Below, in pieces: positions 13,191 to 26,479 of a DNA stretch of 64,000 nucleotides. Source of the stretch: Anthoceros angustus (lineage: Eukaryota > Plantae > Anthocerotophyta); assembly GCA_010909165.1 (NCBI GenBank), contig MU008165.1, forward strand, positions 682,001 to 746,000, in the 5' to 3' direction. The notes under the pieces were generated by a model. It ran no database searches. It was given only the letters and a program-made list of their open reading frames with translations, and had not been told where the DNA came from. A program made the translations under genes and the position numbers. Positions within the stretch are counted from its first letter, which is position 1. Every line of letters starts with the position of its first letter.

Positions 13191-14277
13191 GCCGAATGGA
13201 CTTCGGGCCCCGCAGCTTTGCGATCTAAACTACCAGCCATATCCCTGCCCACGCTCGCTTTCCACACTATTTACAGCCACACTTGCACGACTGCCAAAGG
13301 AATCAAAGCTCGAGGCTTGATCATGTTCTAAGGAGTGGTGAAGCTCTCATCCGATCTTGGAGAGTTTCTCTTCCTACGCTCCACGTAGGAGATCCTCTCT
13401 CACCTCATACGCCTCCATTTAGTTCAGATCTGCAGGCAAGTGAGCTCATAGAGAACCGAGAAGAAAGCAATGGGGATGCTGACATAAAAGTAGACAGGAA
13501 CACTATCAGAAATCGATTCACATGGCGTCTGACATCACAGTTGGTCTATCCTCACTCGTATCATCTTCAGATGGGTGTAAGGGCACTTATACCACAGAGG
13601 GGTACAAGGAATAGCAAAAGAACCCAGGCTCACAATCTTGGTTTCCTCATCAGAGTGTGTAGGAACTGGAAATCTTATCGGCACAGTAGGCCTATAGTCA
13701 GAATCAGCATACGCGAACTCACCAGCTTTGAAGCGGAACTTGGCACTTTGATCCCTTGAAAGAGACTTCTCTTTGGGGGTAGCCGTCTTGCGGGGAGCTG
13801 CCTTACACGCAACAGCAGCCTTTGTCTTATAGGCGAAGTCTCCCTTTAGCACCAAAAAGCTTTGGTTCCCTCCATGACGCCTTCCCGGCCTCAAGCCACC
13901 TTGAGCGGCCAGGAGGCCATCTTTGCCGATCCTTGCTGCTGAGAGGAGGCGGCTGTTCTAGTCGGCTTGCTCACAAACCGCCCTAGCTTGTCACGAGGCG
14001 CATACGGCGCTGTGAGGGGAGTGTGACCGACATCTTGAGCCTGAGATCCCTACGCTCCAACAACCACAACGCGACTTGAAGCGAGGAGGGATGCTATAAG
14101 GGTCGCGACGCACCTGCTACCCAAGTTTGTGCAGATACGCTCCATCGCGTTTCTTTAAAGGCAAAGGTGTCGGCGCAACTCAAGACATGCACGCGGAGCT
14201 TTCTCCACCACGCCCTCTCCACCTGTTAGAGAAGGCTAAGAGGGAGACGCCCACCGCCATAATCCAACAAGTGGGAG

Positions 14278-14499
14278 TGAAGGAGTATTGATGTTGGCAT
14301 AATGAGATTAGGGTTATATTATATCCAGTTTCATATTGTGTGTATAGTTTAAAATGTCTTACCTCTTCGCTAGGGGTTACGATCATTAGTAATAGTCACC
14401 CATTCATGAATAGTTAAGTTTAAGTTTAATGTTTTACTTACTTTCCGAATATATACAATGTTATTTTATAATAAATCTACATCTGCATGTAATTTCTTA
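14278..14499 (+). repeat. 3' LTR of copia B
   Basis: Diverged copy of 7733-7956. Confidence 0.95.
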
Positions 14500-16003
14500 C
14501 TTGCTCGCCTGTGCTTTCCAACTTCTCCTTGAGCAACTTCCTCCGCTTTGCACACTCACAAGTGAGAGCCATGGTCGCTTGATCGAGGAGATCCGCTGGC
14601 CTACATGGTCAAGTCAAACCGCAAATCCCCAAATTGGCTGTCCCTTTGCCCATCCGCCCACAACAATTCTCGTGAGCGGTCCTATCCCCACCTCACCGGT
14701 TCGAAATGTCGCCAAAATGTCCCGGAGTCTATGGTCTCTACCGGTTAACCCTCTCCTAGGGGTTGGTCTCGCCTTCCTCCCCCGCCATTCTCTAGCGGCA
14801 GCGATTCATGCACTGGAGGGAGCAACTTGCCATTTCCCTTTATTTTCTCCTCCTTACCGGCCCTTCGACTGTGACCCCGGTGTAGCTGTGGTTCCTCCTC
14901 CGCCGGCTGCCTCCCTTTTCGCCGACCCCTGCTCGACCGCCGCTTCTTACCCTTGGAAACTTCCCCACCCTCTTCCGAACCTTCCGTGGAGGCGACTCCC
15001 AATCTGGAATCCTTGCCCGAATCCTCCTTAAATTCCTCCTCTTCTACCTTGAGTTCCCCGACCGGCTTCCAACCATGTATGGACATACCTTCCAACTCTA
15101 AACACCCTAATGCGCAAATACATGAATCGAAAAGGCGAAATCAAGGAGGGCCGAGGGAAGAGAGAGTAAATTCGCCTTCTCCTCATGTGCTCTTCGAAAA
15201 TCATCCTTCCCCAATCAATTTGTGTACCCTTGACCACCTCGTGAAGAAAAACCAAGAAGTGATCCGCCATATGATCCAGCCTTCCGGCTCAGAGGAAACA
15301 CAAAATCCATTTGGCTAATCCCACCACCAAGCAGACACGAGTTGGCGAGTCACCCACCCATTGTTCACTCACTCAGCTTCATGAGCGCTCCGCAGCCTTC
15401 TCAAGGTCTTTCACTGGGGTCAATCACCAAGCTCCCATCTCCGATGCTTCTCGCCCATACACCTCGAAGAGGCCAAATCCCGCTCTGGCCTTTCCTCGGC
15501 CACCCTCTTGCGACTTGGTCCTTAATTGCCGGGCGACTCTTGCACCAATGCAGGCCAGAGCACCATTTCTTCTCCATGAACTTCAGCCCAGCCTCCGCAC
15601 CAGCCGCCATTCTCACTTTCCAAAGGTCCATGCCACACAGGGATTTCGGCAGGCGCCATCTCCTTCTCTCGTTGTTTCCCAAAACAAAACCTCGACTACG
15701 CAGATTCGGGTCAAGAGAAAAATCGAAGCCGCCTCGGCCCTTCCACGCCTCGCGAACTTGCCGGCGCCGATTTCTCTCCGCCGCCTGCTCGACTGCCGCC
15801 TTCCTCCTCCGCATGAGATGGATTTGGCTCAAGGCCGTGGTACGCTGCTCTGCAGCCCGCCCGACCGCCCTCCGAAAGTCGCGACTGCAGGCCGGGTGTC
15901 CTTCTCCCGCCTGCGCCCGACTGACGGTAGTCCCGCCTCCGCCACTAGGGTTGTACCCCGGTCTCAGACGTCCTGCTGCCACCGTGGTGGAACTAGCCAC
16001 CAC
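14500..16003 (-). pseudogene. Gypsy accessory ORF remnant (Athila ORF1/plant-transposon-protein-like; coiled-coil part continues at 7250-7732)
   Basis: FLVFLHEVVKGTQIDWGRMIFEEH aligns with FLQFLWKIIRGAQPNWGTIMYEAY (36388 ORF) and with the 21308 ORF. Confidence 0.7.
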
Positions 16004-16254
16004 CCCACTTGACTACACAACTGTGGCATATTGTGAGCATCCCTAGCATATATAGACACCTTTTATTCTAAAAATTCCCAATACCCAAGGACTCTATTTC
16101 TACCCCACCCCTCTGGGGTCAAACCTAAGGGTCGAAAAATTATTATTATCTCCAAGGGCCAAGGACCATTCCGATAAAAGACCTGACTCAGACGATTCTC
16201 AAAGCACTCTGCTATTCTAACACATCCAAAACAAAAAAAATCGTTCACCCTGAC

Positions 16255-19200
16255 ACTTGAGAGCGGGGTTAGTGCACATGTGGTCTTCCACATAATGCTA
16301 GAAGTGGGCGCCGTCCACGTGATGATTTGCTGGCTCATCGTGGTGGAAGGTGCCTGTCCGCCCAAGGGGGAGTGCTGAAGCTGCAGAGCTTGCTGCACTC
16401 GTGGAAGAGCTTGCTGAACCAAGTCGGACACTTTGAATGATGGTGGAGTGTCTCCTAGGCTGTGACCAAATGGTCGGCCTCGTGATCTGGATCCAAGTCG
16501 GCAAGCTCCGACATGTCACTCAAATCTTTGGTCATGGTGAGCACCTCGGGACAGCCTGAATGGTCGCCATAAGGACCGGAGTAGCTGGGGTGGCGACCTC
16601 GATGTCAATCCGCCATGCGATTCAAGGAAAGTCGCCCTTACCTCCACTCATGTCAGGCGATGGTGAGCTTGCTCTGTCAATTGTCCGCGATGCGGGGTGG
16701 AAACAAAACTCTGTCCGAGAAGGACATCGTAGTTAGCATTTGTCGTGACAAGGCAATGAATGGCCAATGTCATGGCGGTATCCCGAGCTTGAGCGTGATG
16801 GCGATGGCTGAGCAGTCTCTCCACACCAGGTTCCACAGGCGCGGTGTCACGATGTTCGAGGTGAATGGCGGTGCCGTTCCTAGTTCAACGGCGAGAGCCT
16901 TGCCAATGATCACGGGCTGTGCCCCGTGTCCAAGAGCACAAGCTTGGGAGCATAGCCATTCACCGTGACATGGCCTTCCCTATTGTCCACCATGGCATTG
17001 CTCACTCGCACATTCATGCGATTGGTGTGAATGCGGGGTGCTCCGAGTACTCCGTGTATTTGGGGCATAGGCGCATCGCCTCAAGTGGCTGGCCCTCCTC
17101 ATGGCTGTGGGTGGCCTGCCTGTCACTCCACCATCGTAACATGGTCGATGGTGGTGGGCAATACCCAGCTGAAACGTCGGTGGGCTGCCCATGTGGGATC
17201 CACCGGCGGTCCGGGTCCCGAGTATGGGACGGGAGGAGTGATGGGCTTCCTCGCGGTCCTTGGCATGGAGCTGAAGGTGCTTGGCATTGGGCTACTGTCG
17301 GTCCAGTGTGGTTGAGGACCAAGGCTGAGATTCCCGGCGATCCGTATGGGGCTGAGTCTGATGTTGAGACTCCACCGGTTGTCCAGTATGGGGAGAATCC
17401 CAATGTGGGGCCCTCTGGCAGTCTGAACATGGAGCTGTGGTGTGCCGCTGTTGAGGTGTCAGCAGCCCCATGCATGGGGATGAAGTGTCCGGGACTCTCC
17501 GGCGATCCGGTATGGGATAGCCGCGGAAGCTTCATTTGTTGCCAAGCCAGCACTGGCATGGCACGCCCACTCCCATGTCACGGAGGGAGATCAAAGAGTC
17601 TCAACACCTTGCGCATGATCAAGGTCGGGTGTCGCCGGTGGTAGATCTTTGGGTGTCCCCATGACTTGAATGTGGAGGCTGCTCTCTCGGCGCTCCATCC
17701 AGATCTGTCCCACGGATGGCCACGCCCGGCAGCGGAGCAAAGGATCTAGGCATGGCAGCCCTCGCTCTGTTGCCGAGTAAGGGGATCATCCCGGTGCAAC
17801 ATCCAAATCGCCTTCTTCAAGTCACATCCTACCCATGTGGCGGGTAGGGAATCAGGTGGAATCCACAAGGTGGAGTACAGCCTCATGTGGCGGCCGTAAT
17901 CCTCCTCTCCTCCTCACGTGAGGTGCCAAAATGGCTGTCGGCGGGCTTGGAGGTGGAGGTCGCCAGCAGGCCTGGGCTCCCAGCTGTAAGTGCCCACTGC
18001 TGCCTCCAATGCGGCAATCTTGTCGGCGTTAGCCTCCTTGGCCTTGGCCCCATTCCGTGATCGGCCCTTGACGTGAGCGCCGGTAGCTGTTGTGGGAGTC
18101 GGCTGAAGGTGTGGGTATCCTTGCGATATCTGCGCTCGGATGCTTTTGAAGCAGTGTAACCAAATGGCCAGTCTTGTTGCAATGGGAACAATGCAAACCT
18201 TCCACAGGAAGCTTGCACCGAGCCAAAATGATCCGGCTGCCACAGCGATTGCATGCATGGAGGTTGCGGCTGCTGACTTGATTGGCCTGGCCTGAATGGG
18301 CTTGAAACCCACGATCCCACGCCTCCGGATGTGTTCCCTTGCTGGAAAACATACTTTGATAGTGCGTGAAGGCCTTGGAGTGTCGAGAAGCATCGCTGGC
18401 GATTTCCTTGCGCTCCGCTTCTTCATGGACTGTTCGGTGTGCTGTCCCCATACTTGTCCACCAAAGAGGTGACAAGTTGAAAGTGGAACAATGGATCTCC
18501 CTCCAGCAGAAGAAACTTCTCCTCTTGGTCGATCAACATCCCAGTGCCTTCGCGACACGGAGCTGCGAAGGTCATCTGACAGATCTCACCCTTCTTGCGG
18601 CGGGCGCCAGCTCGGCTATTTTCTCGGGAGTCTTGGCGGAACGCCTTCTCGAGGATGGCCATGAACTCCTCCACGGATTAAGGTACTTGGGAGTTTGGAT
18701 GAACTCGGGACTAATCGTGGCTGCCACCCTCGGCGGCCGTTAGACTCACGGATGGTGGCTGAGCGGTGGCTGCGTCAGCAATCTTGGCACGTGGGCACTC
18801 ACGGCCGTGGCCAACTTGCCATTGTAGGCAAGCGGCGCTCCTTGAAACGGGATTCACCGTGGAGATGGTAGAAGACAAAATCAACGATGTGCCTCATACA
18901 AATCCGGCGCCTCGTCAGTAGCTTGAAAATGTTCAAACATGTCTGGTGATTATAAGCGCGCCATGCTTGAACTGACCGGTGATGATAGCGTTGAGGGACG
19001 GTAGAAAATCTACGATTGAGTGCCGGCCTCCCGGAAAATCTGTCCACTGTAGGTCCTCCACCTTCCATGGTGTCCGAATCCTCCGAAAGATCAGCTGATT
19101 GATCTTGTCTGAAGCTCAAATTGGGACAAGTTTGTCCCTGATCTCCCCGCAAGGAGTCTTGATGATTCTTCTTGAGGTCTGCAAATGGAGACCATGGTTT

Positions 19201-20770
19201 TGTCTCCAAGGTGGCAGGTGGCGTGCCAGCCCACAACCGCTGCCAATTCCTCCGTGCTTCTGCTGTGTTGAAAGAACGCCTCCTTCGCTGTAGCTCGGGA
19301 GTGGTCTTGGATGTCCCGTGTCCTCAAGCGGTAGCGGGGTCTCATGTCCTCGGGTGCATCACCCATGTGACTAGCATAAGATCAGCAACACTCCCTTAAA
19401 TGTGAAAGAACAACGAAATCCTCCACTCACTCCACTCCACAGCCAAGCCCGGTGTGGCGCCTCCTAGCAATTCGGCAGCAAAATGGATTACCCCTACGCT
19501 TGGATCACTCCAGCAGCCCTGGTGTAGGGTAGGATTGTCCAGTCCAGCAATGGGGGGGTCCACAGTGGGGCTGTCCCAGCGATCAGCCCAGGTGGGGCTC
19601 TGATCCCGCAATAGAACTGGACAGCCCACGTGGGACTGTCCCAGCAGTCCCAACCTGTGTGACTGTCCCTTCAGTCCCAGCAATGGGGGACAGCCCTAAA
19701 GTGGGGTGTCCCAACATCCGCTCTCCTCCCAACAATCCTTGAAATGGGACTTCCCAGCCCTTGGAATTAGGACTGTACAGTCCCTAAAATGGGACTGTCT
19801 AGGGGTCAGCACCACGCCTCAGCCTCACAGAAAGGTCAGCAGCGACAAGCGGCACTCACACATCCGAAATTGAACGTGAGTGTGAGATCTGATCCTCCTC
19901 CCTCCGGACACCTCGATGGTGAGCATATGAAACCAGCAAAAGTGAAAGGGCGCTCAGCAAATCCAAAATCCCCAAAATCGAAATGTTGGCAAAGCAATCA
20001 CTGCTCCGATCTTGGAATCAAACCAAAGTATCAAACCATGCTGTAGCCCTGAAATGGAGATCTTGAGTGGCAAGGTCTGTCCTCCCTCTCCCACAAGCTG
20101 CTGCAAAGATCGAAAAGGATGAGAAAAGCGCTCGCTAGATCTTGAATTCCAGCTGTATTTGGGAAAGCCCATGGATCAGGCCTGGATCTGGCCTCCTCTC
20201 TAGCACGCCATCACTGTGAGCCAGCAAAGGTGAAGAAGGAATGCCACAGACCTCGAAATCCCAGCTGAATCAGGGCACAGGTGAGCTGGATTGGGCCACA
20301 GTGAAGGTGTAATCCTTGGCTGTGATCCAGGCTCCAAAATGGCGTCGCCCTAGCTAGAGGCGCCTCAAATGTCGCCACTCCGCCTTGGGTGTCGCCCTTG
20401 AAGATTGAGTCTTGAAATAAAGGGATCCGCTGCGCAATGGCAGGAATCACGAGATTTCTTGAAGATTTCTTGGCCAGCCCAGTTTGCGCTGGCTGGGAGC
20501 CTGTAAATCGAGCCTTGGCGCCTTGTGAAGCTGCAGCTGAGCACACAGATCTGATCGATCTTGGATTTCCAGATTGCAAGGGTTCACAAAGTGCTTTCCT
20601 CCCTAACCGCGGCGCGCTCCAGGCACGATTTCGAAGACTACCCTCTGTTCCTTGCCCCGGTCCTCATTCCGCGCTCGCCATCATCTCACGCTCCAGCTCG
20701 ATTCCCAGTGATGTTTGCGCCATGATGCGAAAACCCTCACGCTTGGTGGTGCTCCTCCCACGTTGATCAG
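16255..20770 (-). mobile_element. Decayed Ty3/gypsy-like element C (leader, gag, protease)
   Basis: Knuckle CSHCNKTGH (18029-18475); protease C-terminal TNANYDVLLGQSF (16648-16836); PBS-like CA-TGGCGC near 20721; GGGACTGTCCC repeats in the leader. Confidence 0.7.
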
Positions 20771-20959
20771 GTGCCTTGTTTGGGTTTGGGTCCAGTCAAA
20801 ATAAAGGATATGTTTTCATATCCTTGGTTAATGAATAATGCCTAACCAAAGCGTAGTATATAAAAGCGGCCATACATCAGGAAGTTCACATTCTTTGCAT
20901 GCGCATTGCCTTAGTTCTTGTGTCTTGATCGCGTTAGGTCGGTGGCGTTGCGGCGATCC

Positions 20960-22687
20960 TTAGAAAGTCCGGTTGTCCGGCTGTGGGACCTGCCATGTCT
21001 CCATGGTCGGAACTGATCCTGGTAGCCTCATTTGTGCCAGGACTACCATGTCCCATGGCCGGGAACGATCCCATTTATCCCCATTGGTGGCATTTACCAT
21101 GTCCCATGTCTCGCAGGACGGTCTTGGCAACCTCGACAATTCTAAACCTTGGTGCACTTGGAAGGGTTTCGCCCCATGGTCTTCCTCAAGAAAAGGGCAA
21201 AGGCCTCTCCAAGCTTGGCCTCGAGTGTATATTTTCGAAGATGCAGAAGCATCCTCAAACTCCTTCTTCGGTCGAGAGCCCCTCCTCAAGTCTCCCACCA
21301 AAGTGCACTAAATAGGTGCTAAGGATAGCACTGCCCCTTTCTCCTCCTTCATCACCGTGGTGTTGGAGTCTCGGAGGAGTTCTCCACCGTGATGGATATA
21401 GGCCTCATACATGATGGTCCCCCAACCCGGCTTGGCTCCTTTGACGATCTTCCACAAAAATTGCAAGAAACTGGTGCTGAAGTAGGAGGTACGTTGGTAG
21501 TTTACCAATCCCAAGACGATTTTGGCGAAGAGTCTCCACTTCAGCTCCTTAATGTTGTCCGTCTTCCATCCATTTTTGGTTTTGGCCTTCATCCCTCCGT
21601 CGATTAAATCCAAAACCTCCTGAGGAATTTCCATTGTAGGAGCTCTCTTCCCCCCATTCGTTCTCTCGAGGAGAGCGACTCCTAAGCTCTCCTCCTCCGG
21701 CCTTCCATACACTTGGCAAATGCTCGGACGATCCAACGTGGGGATGGGTCTGGCATTCACTTTCGCTTAGCTTGAGCCAAGGGCTACCTCTGATTGGTGG
21801 AGATTGATGTAGCACTCCTCAATCAGCTCTAAATTGGTGTAGGCCCATTGGCGGCCCATACACCCATCCCCTAATTGGATGTTCTCTCTTCCAGCTTGCC
21901 CTAAAATCCACCAAATCCACAGGATTGGTGCGAAGCAAGTGGTGTGGCATCTCAAAATCACCACCACCGTAACACCTCTGTGCCTTCTTGCCTCTTCCGG
22001 AAGACGAGCCCTTGGTGGGCGTCTCCTTCCCCTTGCCTTTTGCTGCTCGAGTCATGGCGTCTTCTGCTTCCCTCGGCTTGAGCGCAAGAAATTACTCCCC
22101 AATCACAGCTCTCTGCCTTGATTTTGCCTGACCCCAAATCCTCCTCGTGGAAAGCGACCCTATCACACAATCCCAAGGTTAGCCCTGGCTTGTTTCCCAC
22201 TCTCTTCTTCTCCAACGTGGAGGCGCCTCGACTGAATTGCCTGCGCCTTTCTTGTGACTCCTCCTTCAATTTCGTCGCTGCTGCCACCCGCCTGGGGCTC
22301 CGCCTTCGTGCCCTCGACTCCTCTCAACACCCCAGCACTTGCGGCGCTTCGCGGGCTCTTCACGCTCCACAGCAACTGATGCCTTCCTCTTCTCCACTTC
22401 CTTAAGTAATTAATTTCTATTAATTTCTAATTAATTTCAACCCACCAAATAGGTTGGTTACCAGCGGTAGGTTGCCCCGCCTTTGGCTACCTACGCTTTT
22501 ACCAAAAGGTCGTTTTGTCCCATTTCTTCTTCCCTAAATATCCTCCCTACCTTCCTAACAATATCCTACAACTCCAGCTTCAAAAGAATCAAAAAAGCTT
22601 CAGCATGTTCCTTCCAAACCAAAAAGAATCAGTCCCGGTTCAAAACTAACCAACTTGAACCAGTGGCCCAAACTTTTGCGTTCCACA
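20960..22687 (-). mobile_element. Gypsy terminus fragment D with accessory ORF
   Basis: Begins TGTGGAACGCAAAAGTTTGGGCCACTGG at 22687, the same terminus as 35077(+); ORF pieces MTRAAKGKGKE and KAKTKNGWKTDNIKELKWR match 36217-37326. Confidence 0.85.
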
Positions 22688-23632
22688 ATAGGCCAGATTG
22701 CATAACCTGTCGGGCTAGAGACAATGTCGAGACGGCACATGGAAACTTGGTCGTTGGTGTGCCAAGGCAATAATCATATTGGAGATATGATCAAGCGCAA
22801 AATTATGTGGAGAACATATTTCTGTCTTTGCCTTTGGTGTACCATGGGGGAGCAATGGAGATCCGATCAGGCACGACTACCATGCTGTTCACGCTTTGGG
22901 AGCTTGTGTCTCCATATTTAGAGGTATGGGATTGACGGAATTACGTCTACACAATTCTCGGGACACGGGCTTTCTAACAAGACATTATTTGAAGCATTTG
23001 GAGCTTACTGGAGGGAGATATGCACTATAGAAGAAGAGCAACATTTTTCCCATTGCTAACCCCTTGTGTAGTCTTGAAAGCTCATATGTTCAGGTTTATT
23101 CACAGTTGTATAATTGGAAACATTTGTATGTGCATGATCCTTGAGATAGGGGCTTTCTAACAAATGAAAGTTTTGAGCAAGAGTTCTCATCTCGTTGCCT
23201 CTACGGAGGCTGAAACTCGCCTTTACGATACTAGCGAGTGGCATTTCTTCTTACAACATGCTGTGGTTCTACATAGATGTCATTGATGTCATACACCGTA
23301 CTTTAGGCCTGAAAATTTTGAACAAGCCCGTACTTTGTGCTTGTCGTGTTTGTATGAAATTTTGTTCTTGTACTGTCGCCTACTGCATGTTCTTGATGAT
23401 AGTTTTCATTGCAAATTTTGCTGCAACTTTTGTCGAGATCTCTAACAAACTTGCGGCCGTGCAATGAGGGCACACTAATTGATTGTATATTGCAAACCGA
23501 TACCAACGACATGAAACAAATAATAGGACTGATCTCATAGCTCTAAGCCCACAATCGTAGGCATTCCAAGATGATTGATTGAATTGTGTATGATATGGAA
23601 TTTTGGATGGGATCTAAGAAAACATTGCCAAC
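22688..23632. repeat. Orphan copy of the SKP1 upstream flank
   Basis: 22688-22752 matches ~32043-32138; 22805-22900 matches 32850-32950; 23492-23632 matches 34713-34850. Confidence 0.85.
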
Positions 23633-23686
23633 CCTTAAAGGTGACCACTAAACGGACTCCTTATTACCTGACGTATGGGCACTCGC

Positions 23687-24370
23687 TAGTCATTCTTGAT
23701 TTTGAAGATCTCCCGGATCTCCTCAGGACTCATGTCCTGGATCATATTTGCTGCGGTTTGACTGGTCAAATTCAATAACTTCTTCATGTTGAGGTAATTG
23801 GTCACTTTCCACGACAAACACACGCTTACGACGCATAAATAAATTTAAGCAGGGCCGATGAACCAACCTTTTATCACATGACCCAAACCAAAACAACCGA
23901 TGTTTGCAACACAATAAACCAGCCAAACCATGGCACAACAAATCATCCGCACCCCATGATACACTAGCTACCATAGCGGCTAGGAAGGCGGAAGTATAAG
24001 TGGTGTGCACAATGGCCTCATTCCAACCGCCTCACATCAGCTTTAACATAGCGGGAACGGCCATTTACTCACATTGATGAGATGAAATAGGGTCGCCAGG
24101 TCTACCTTCACAAATTCTTGGTCCCAGCATTTGATTTCATCATCGACAGCCGCGTGATTGCCCTCAGACTTCTTCAATGCCTCCACATGATACTTGCAAT
24201 ACTCAAGGACCTTCACCAAGATGTTCTTGCGGACGTTAGGGATTGGGATAAGGCTTTCAACGCCCATGTCTTCAATTAGATCCTTAATATTCTCTCTTGT
24301 GCGACCGTCCAACCTCAAAAATCTCTTTATGATCCCAGCTCTTCAACTTCACCTTCCTCTACGGAGCCAT
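23687..24370 (-). pseudogene. SKP1: SKP1-like pseudogene (copy 1)
   Basis: TAG at codon 4; deletions in exon 1 (24370-24073); damaged acceptor near 23805; exon 2 truncated after FKIKND; very similar to copy 2. Confidence 0.9.
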
Positions 24371-24742
24371 GGTCTAAAGACATGACCGCAACAAGCCTAA
24401 GCCTCCTCTCGCGGTGTTTGCGGAATCAAGCGAGGAAGAGGGAACTTACAACACTAATCCCCAACCCTAGAGTCGTATCAAGATGACCAAAGCAGGAAGA
24501 GGTGCACTCAAAGCCTACAACAAATAGAGCCAGCAAAAGATACAAATATCACACCACCATGTCCCTCTGCATATATAGTCCAGATTGATGGCAAATGACA
24601 ACTAGTTCTCGATAATGTGAGTCGCCCGCCTACATGGCGCAGCCGACTGTGCGACGATGCCGAGAGGAGCCCATGAGGGTTGAGGGGTTTTTACGAGCAA
24701 ATTAGGGTCAACCATGGCTTCATCTCTCCTCTCGGCAGGGAG

Positions 24743-26290
24743 TTATAGGGGCAGAGGAGGGGGCAAGGATGGAGCATGAATGGATGAGGGACCGGAGTCA
24801 GGGAAAACAAAGGGCTGAGTAAGAAACTCAAGCATAATATCACCTAGGTCGGAAGTAGCAACATCGTCGGGAATAGCCGGAGCAGAGTCCATGAACAAAG
24901 GACGACCAGGTGCTAACCAAGCCTCATCAAAGGTGACAGTGCAAGCACATATAATAGCATGGGTATCCAAGTCAACCAATTTGTAAGCCTTGCGATCCTC
25001 ACCATAGCCAACAAACACCAGCTTGCGGGCCCTGGCCGAGAGCTTGTCGCAAAGCTGAGAAGGAATTAGAGCTAGGCGGGGCATCCAAAAATACATAGAT
25101 GAGTATTAAGTGGCTTACTTCCATGCCGACTCATACGTAGTCCGGCCAGAACTTCCTTGAGAGACCCTGCCCATGCGCGCAATATCAACGCCACTTGTGC
25201 AAGGGCTTAGGGAGTTGAAGCTAGCATGCACGGCCATGGTAAGTTGACCTGGCCTTTCCGAACCCCCATTCTTCTGAGAAGTATAGGGAACCGTAAATTG
25301 GCGGAGAATCCTCCTCTCAACATAAAAGTCCTTGAACTTATGATTGTTAAGTTCCCCTGCATTGTCAAATAATCGTGCAGGCAAACCGCCATGCTTCACG
25401 ATAGTGACAAAAGGAGAAAATAAGCCGAAGGAGTCACTCTTCAACTTGAGCGGAATAGCAAAAGTATAGTGACTATAGTGATCAACAATAGTCATAAACT
25501 GCTGTGCTCCGCCAAGGGAAGGGACATGGAGTGGACCACAAAGATCAACATGGACCAACTCTAAGGGCTGAGTAGCCCGGCGGGCAAGTAGAGTAGGGTA
25601 GGGTAAGTTGCGTTGTTTTGCATATATACGAGGTTCACATAACGGTGGAGTCTATGAAAATTGTGGGAGCTTATCCCTAAATAAATCATGCCTAGACATC
25701 TTGACAAGCTTATCATGATTAATGTGTCCAAGCCAAGAATGCCATAATAGGGAGTCACCTTTTCGGGAACTCCCTATGTCGGCCGCAGTGGCCATTGCAG
25801 GAGCTGGGGTTGAGGAAGCCGTGATCATTGGCACGGGAGAGAAGACATGGAGGTCATGCCGCAGACGACCTTTCGCAACCATGCGGCAACGAGCAACAGA
25901 CCTTGTAAGGAGGCAATCGCCTCTACCGAACTCCAGGCGAAATGTGCCATCCTTCACCAAGTGTTGGACTGAAATAAGGTTCTTCGCCATTTGCGGAACA
26001 TGCAGCACGTCGCTTAAGAGAAGAACAGAGCCGTCCTCCTCGCTTAAGAGAAGAACAGAGCCGTCCTCCTCGCTTAAGAGAAGAACAGAGCCGTCCTCCA
26101 AGATAAAAGTAATAGTGCCGGTGCCCACAATTATTAGGCCGGAGTCATCATATATGGGCGGAGGCAGCAGAGTCCAAGAGCCAAGAGGTCTTATATTTGA
26201 AAGCAACTAGGTAGATAGTAAGAGCAATGTCGGACTTCTTCTGCTTGGAAGGCAAGGCCTGTTCCTTTCTTAGGAGGGACTGGAGCCATC
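24743..26290 (-). mobile_element. Ty1/copia fragment E (protease-integrase) in the SKP1 copy 1 upstream region
   Basis: VLHVPQMAKNLISV, WHSWLGHIN, VHVDLCGP, KLVFVGYG. Confidence 0.92.
26011..26099. repeat. 30-bp tandem repeat x3, in frame (EDGSVLLLSE)
   Basis: CGCTTAAGAGAAGAACAGAGCCGTCCTCCT x3. Confidence 0.97.
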
Positions 26291-26479
26291 AAACATTGTC
26301 TCGATAATAAAAAATCAATAACAGATACAACCCTTTAGTCTCTTAGGTATTCTTTTATACTATCTACACACATGACCTAACGAACAGTCATGACCCTTGA
26401 TATAACTTACCACAATACACAAGGAGGGACAGTAGGTGGCGGCTATGGATACACATCTTGCTACCGTGATAGCCACCGC

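Larger units (their letters stand above)
7733..14499 (+). mobile_element. Full-length decayed Ty1/copia element B
   Basis: Paired LTRs 7733-7956 and 14278-14499; PBS TGGTATCAGAGC; PPT-like AAGTGGGAG before the 3' LTR; flanks (C)CTTG and CTTG look like a TSD; domain order gag-PR-IN-RT-RH. Confidence 0.97.
5938..16254 (-). mobile_element. Putative long 5' LTR of gypsy A (~3.5 kb net) containing an accessory ORF, split by the copia insertion at 7733-14499
   Basis: Minus-strand TGTCAGG start at 16254 interrupts element C; ends TTCCACA next to the PBS; TATA-like TATATAT at ~16047-16054; accessory ORF pieces at 14500-16003 and 7250-7732. Confidence 0.55.
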
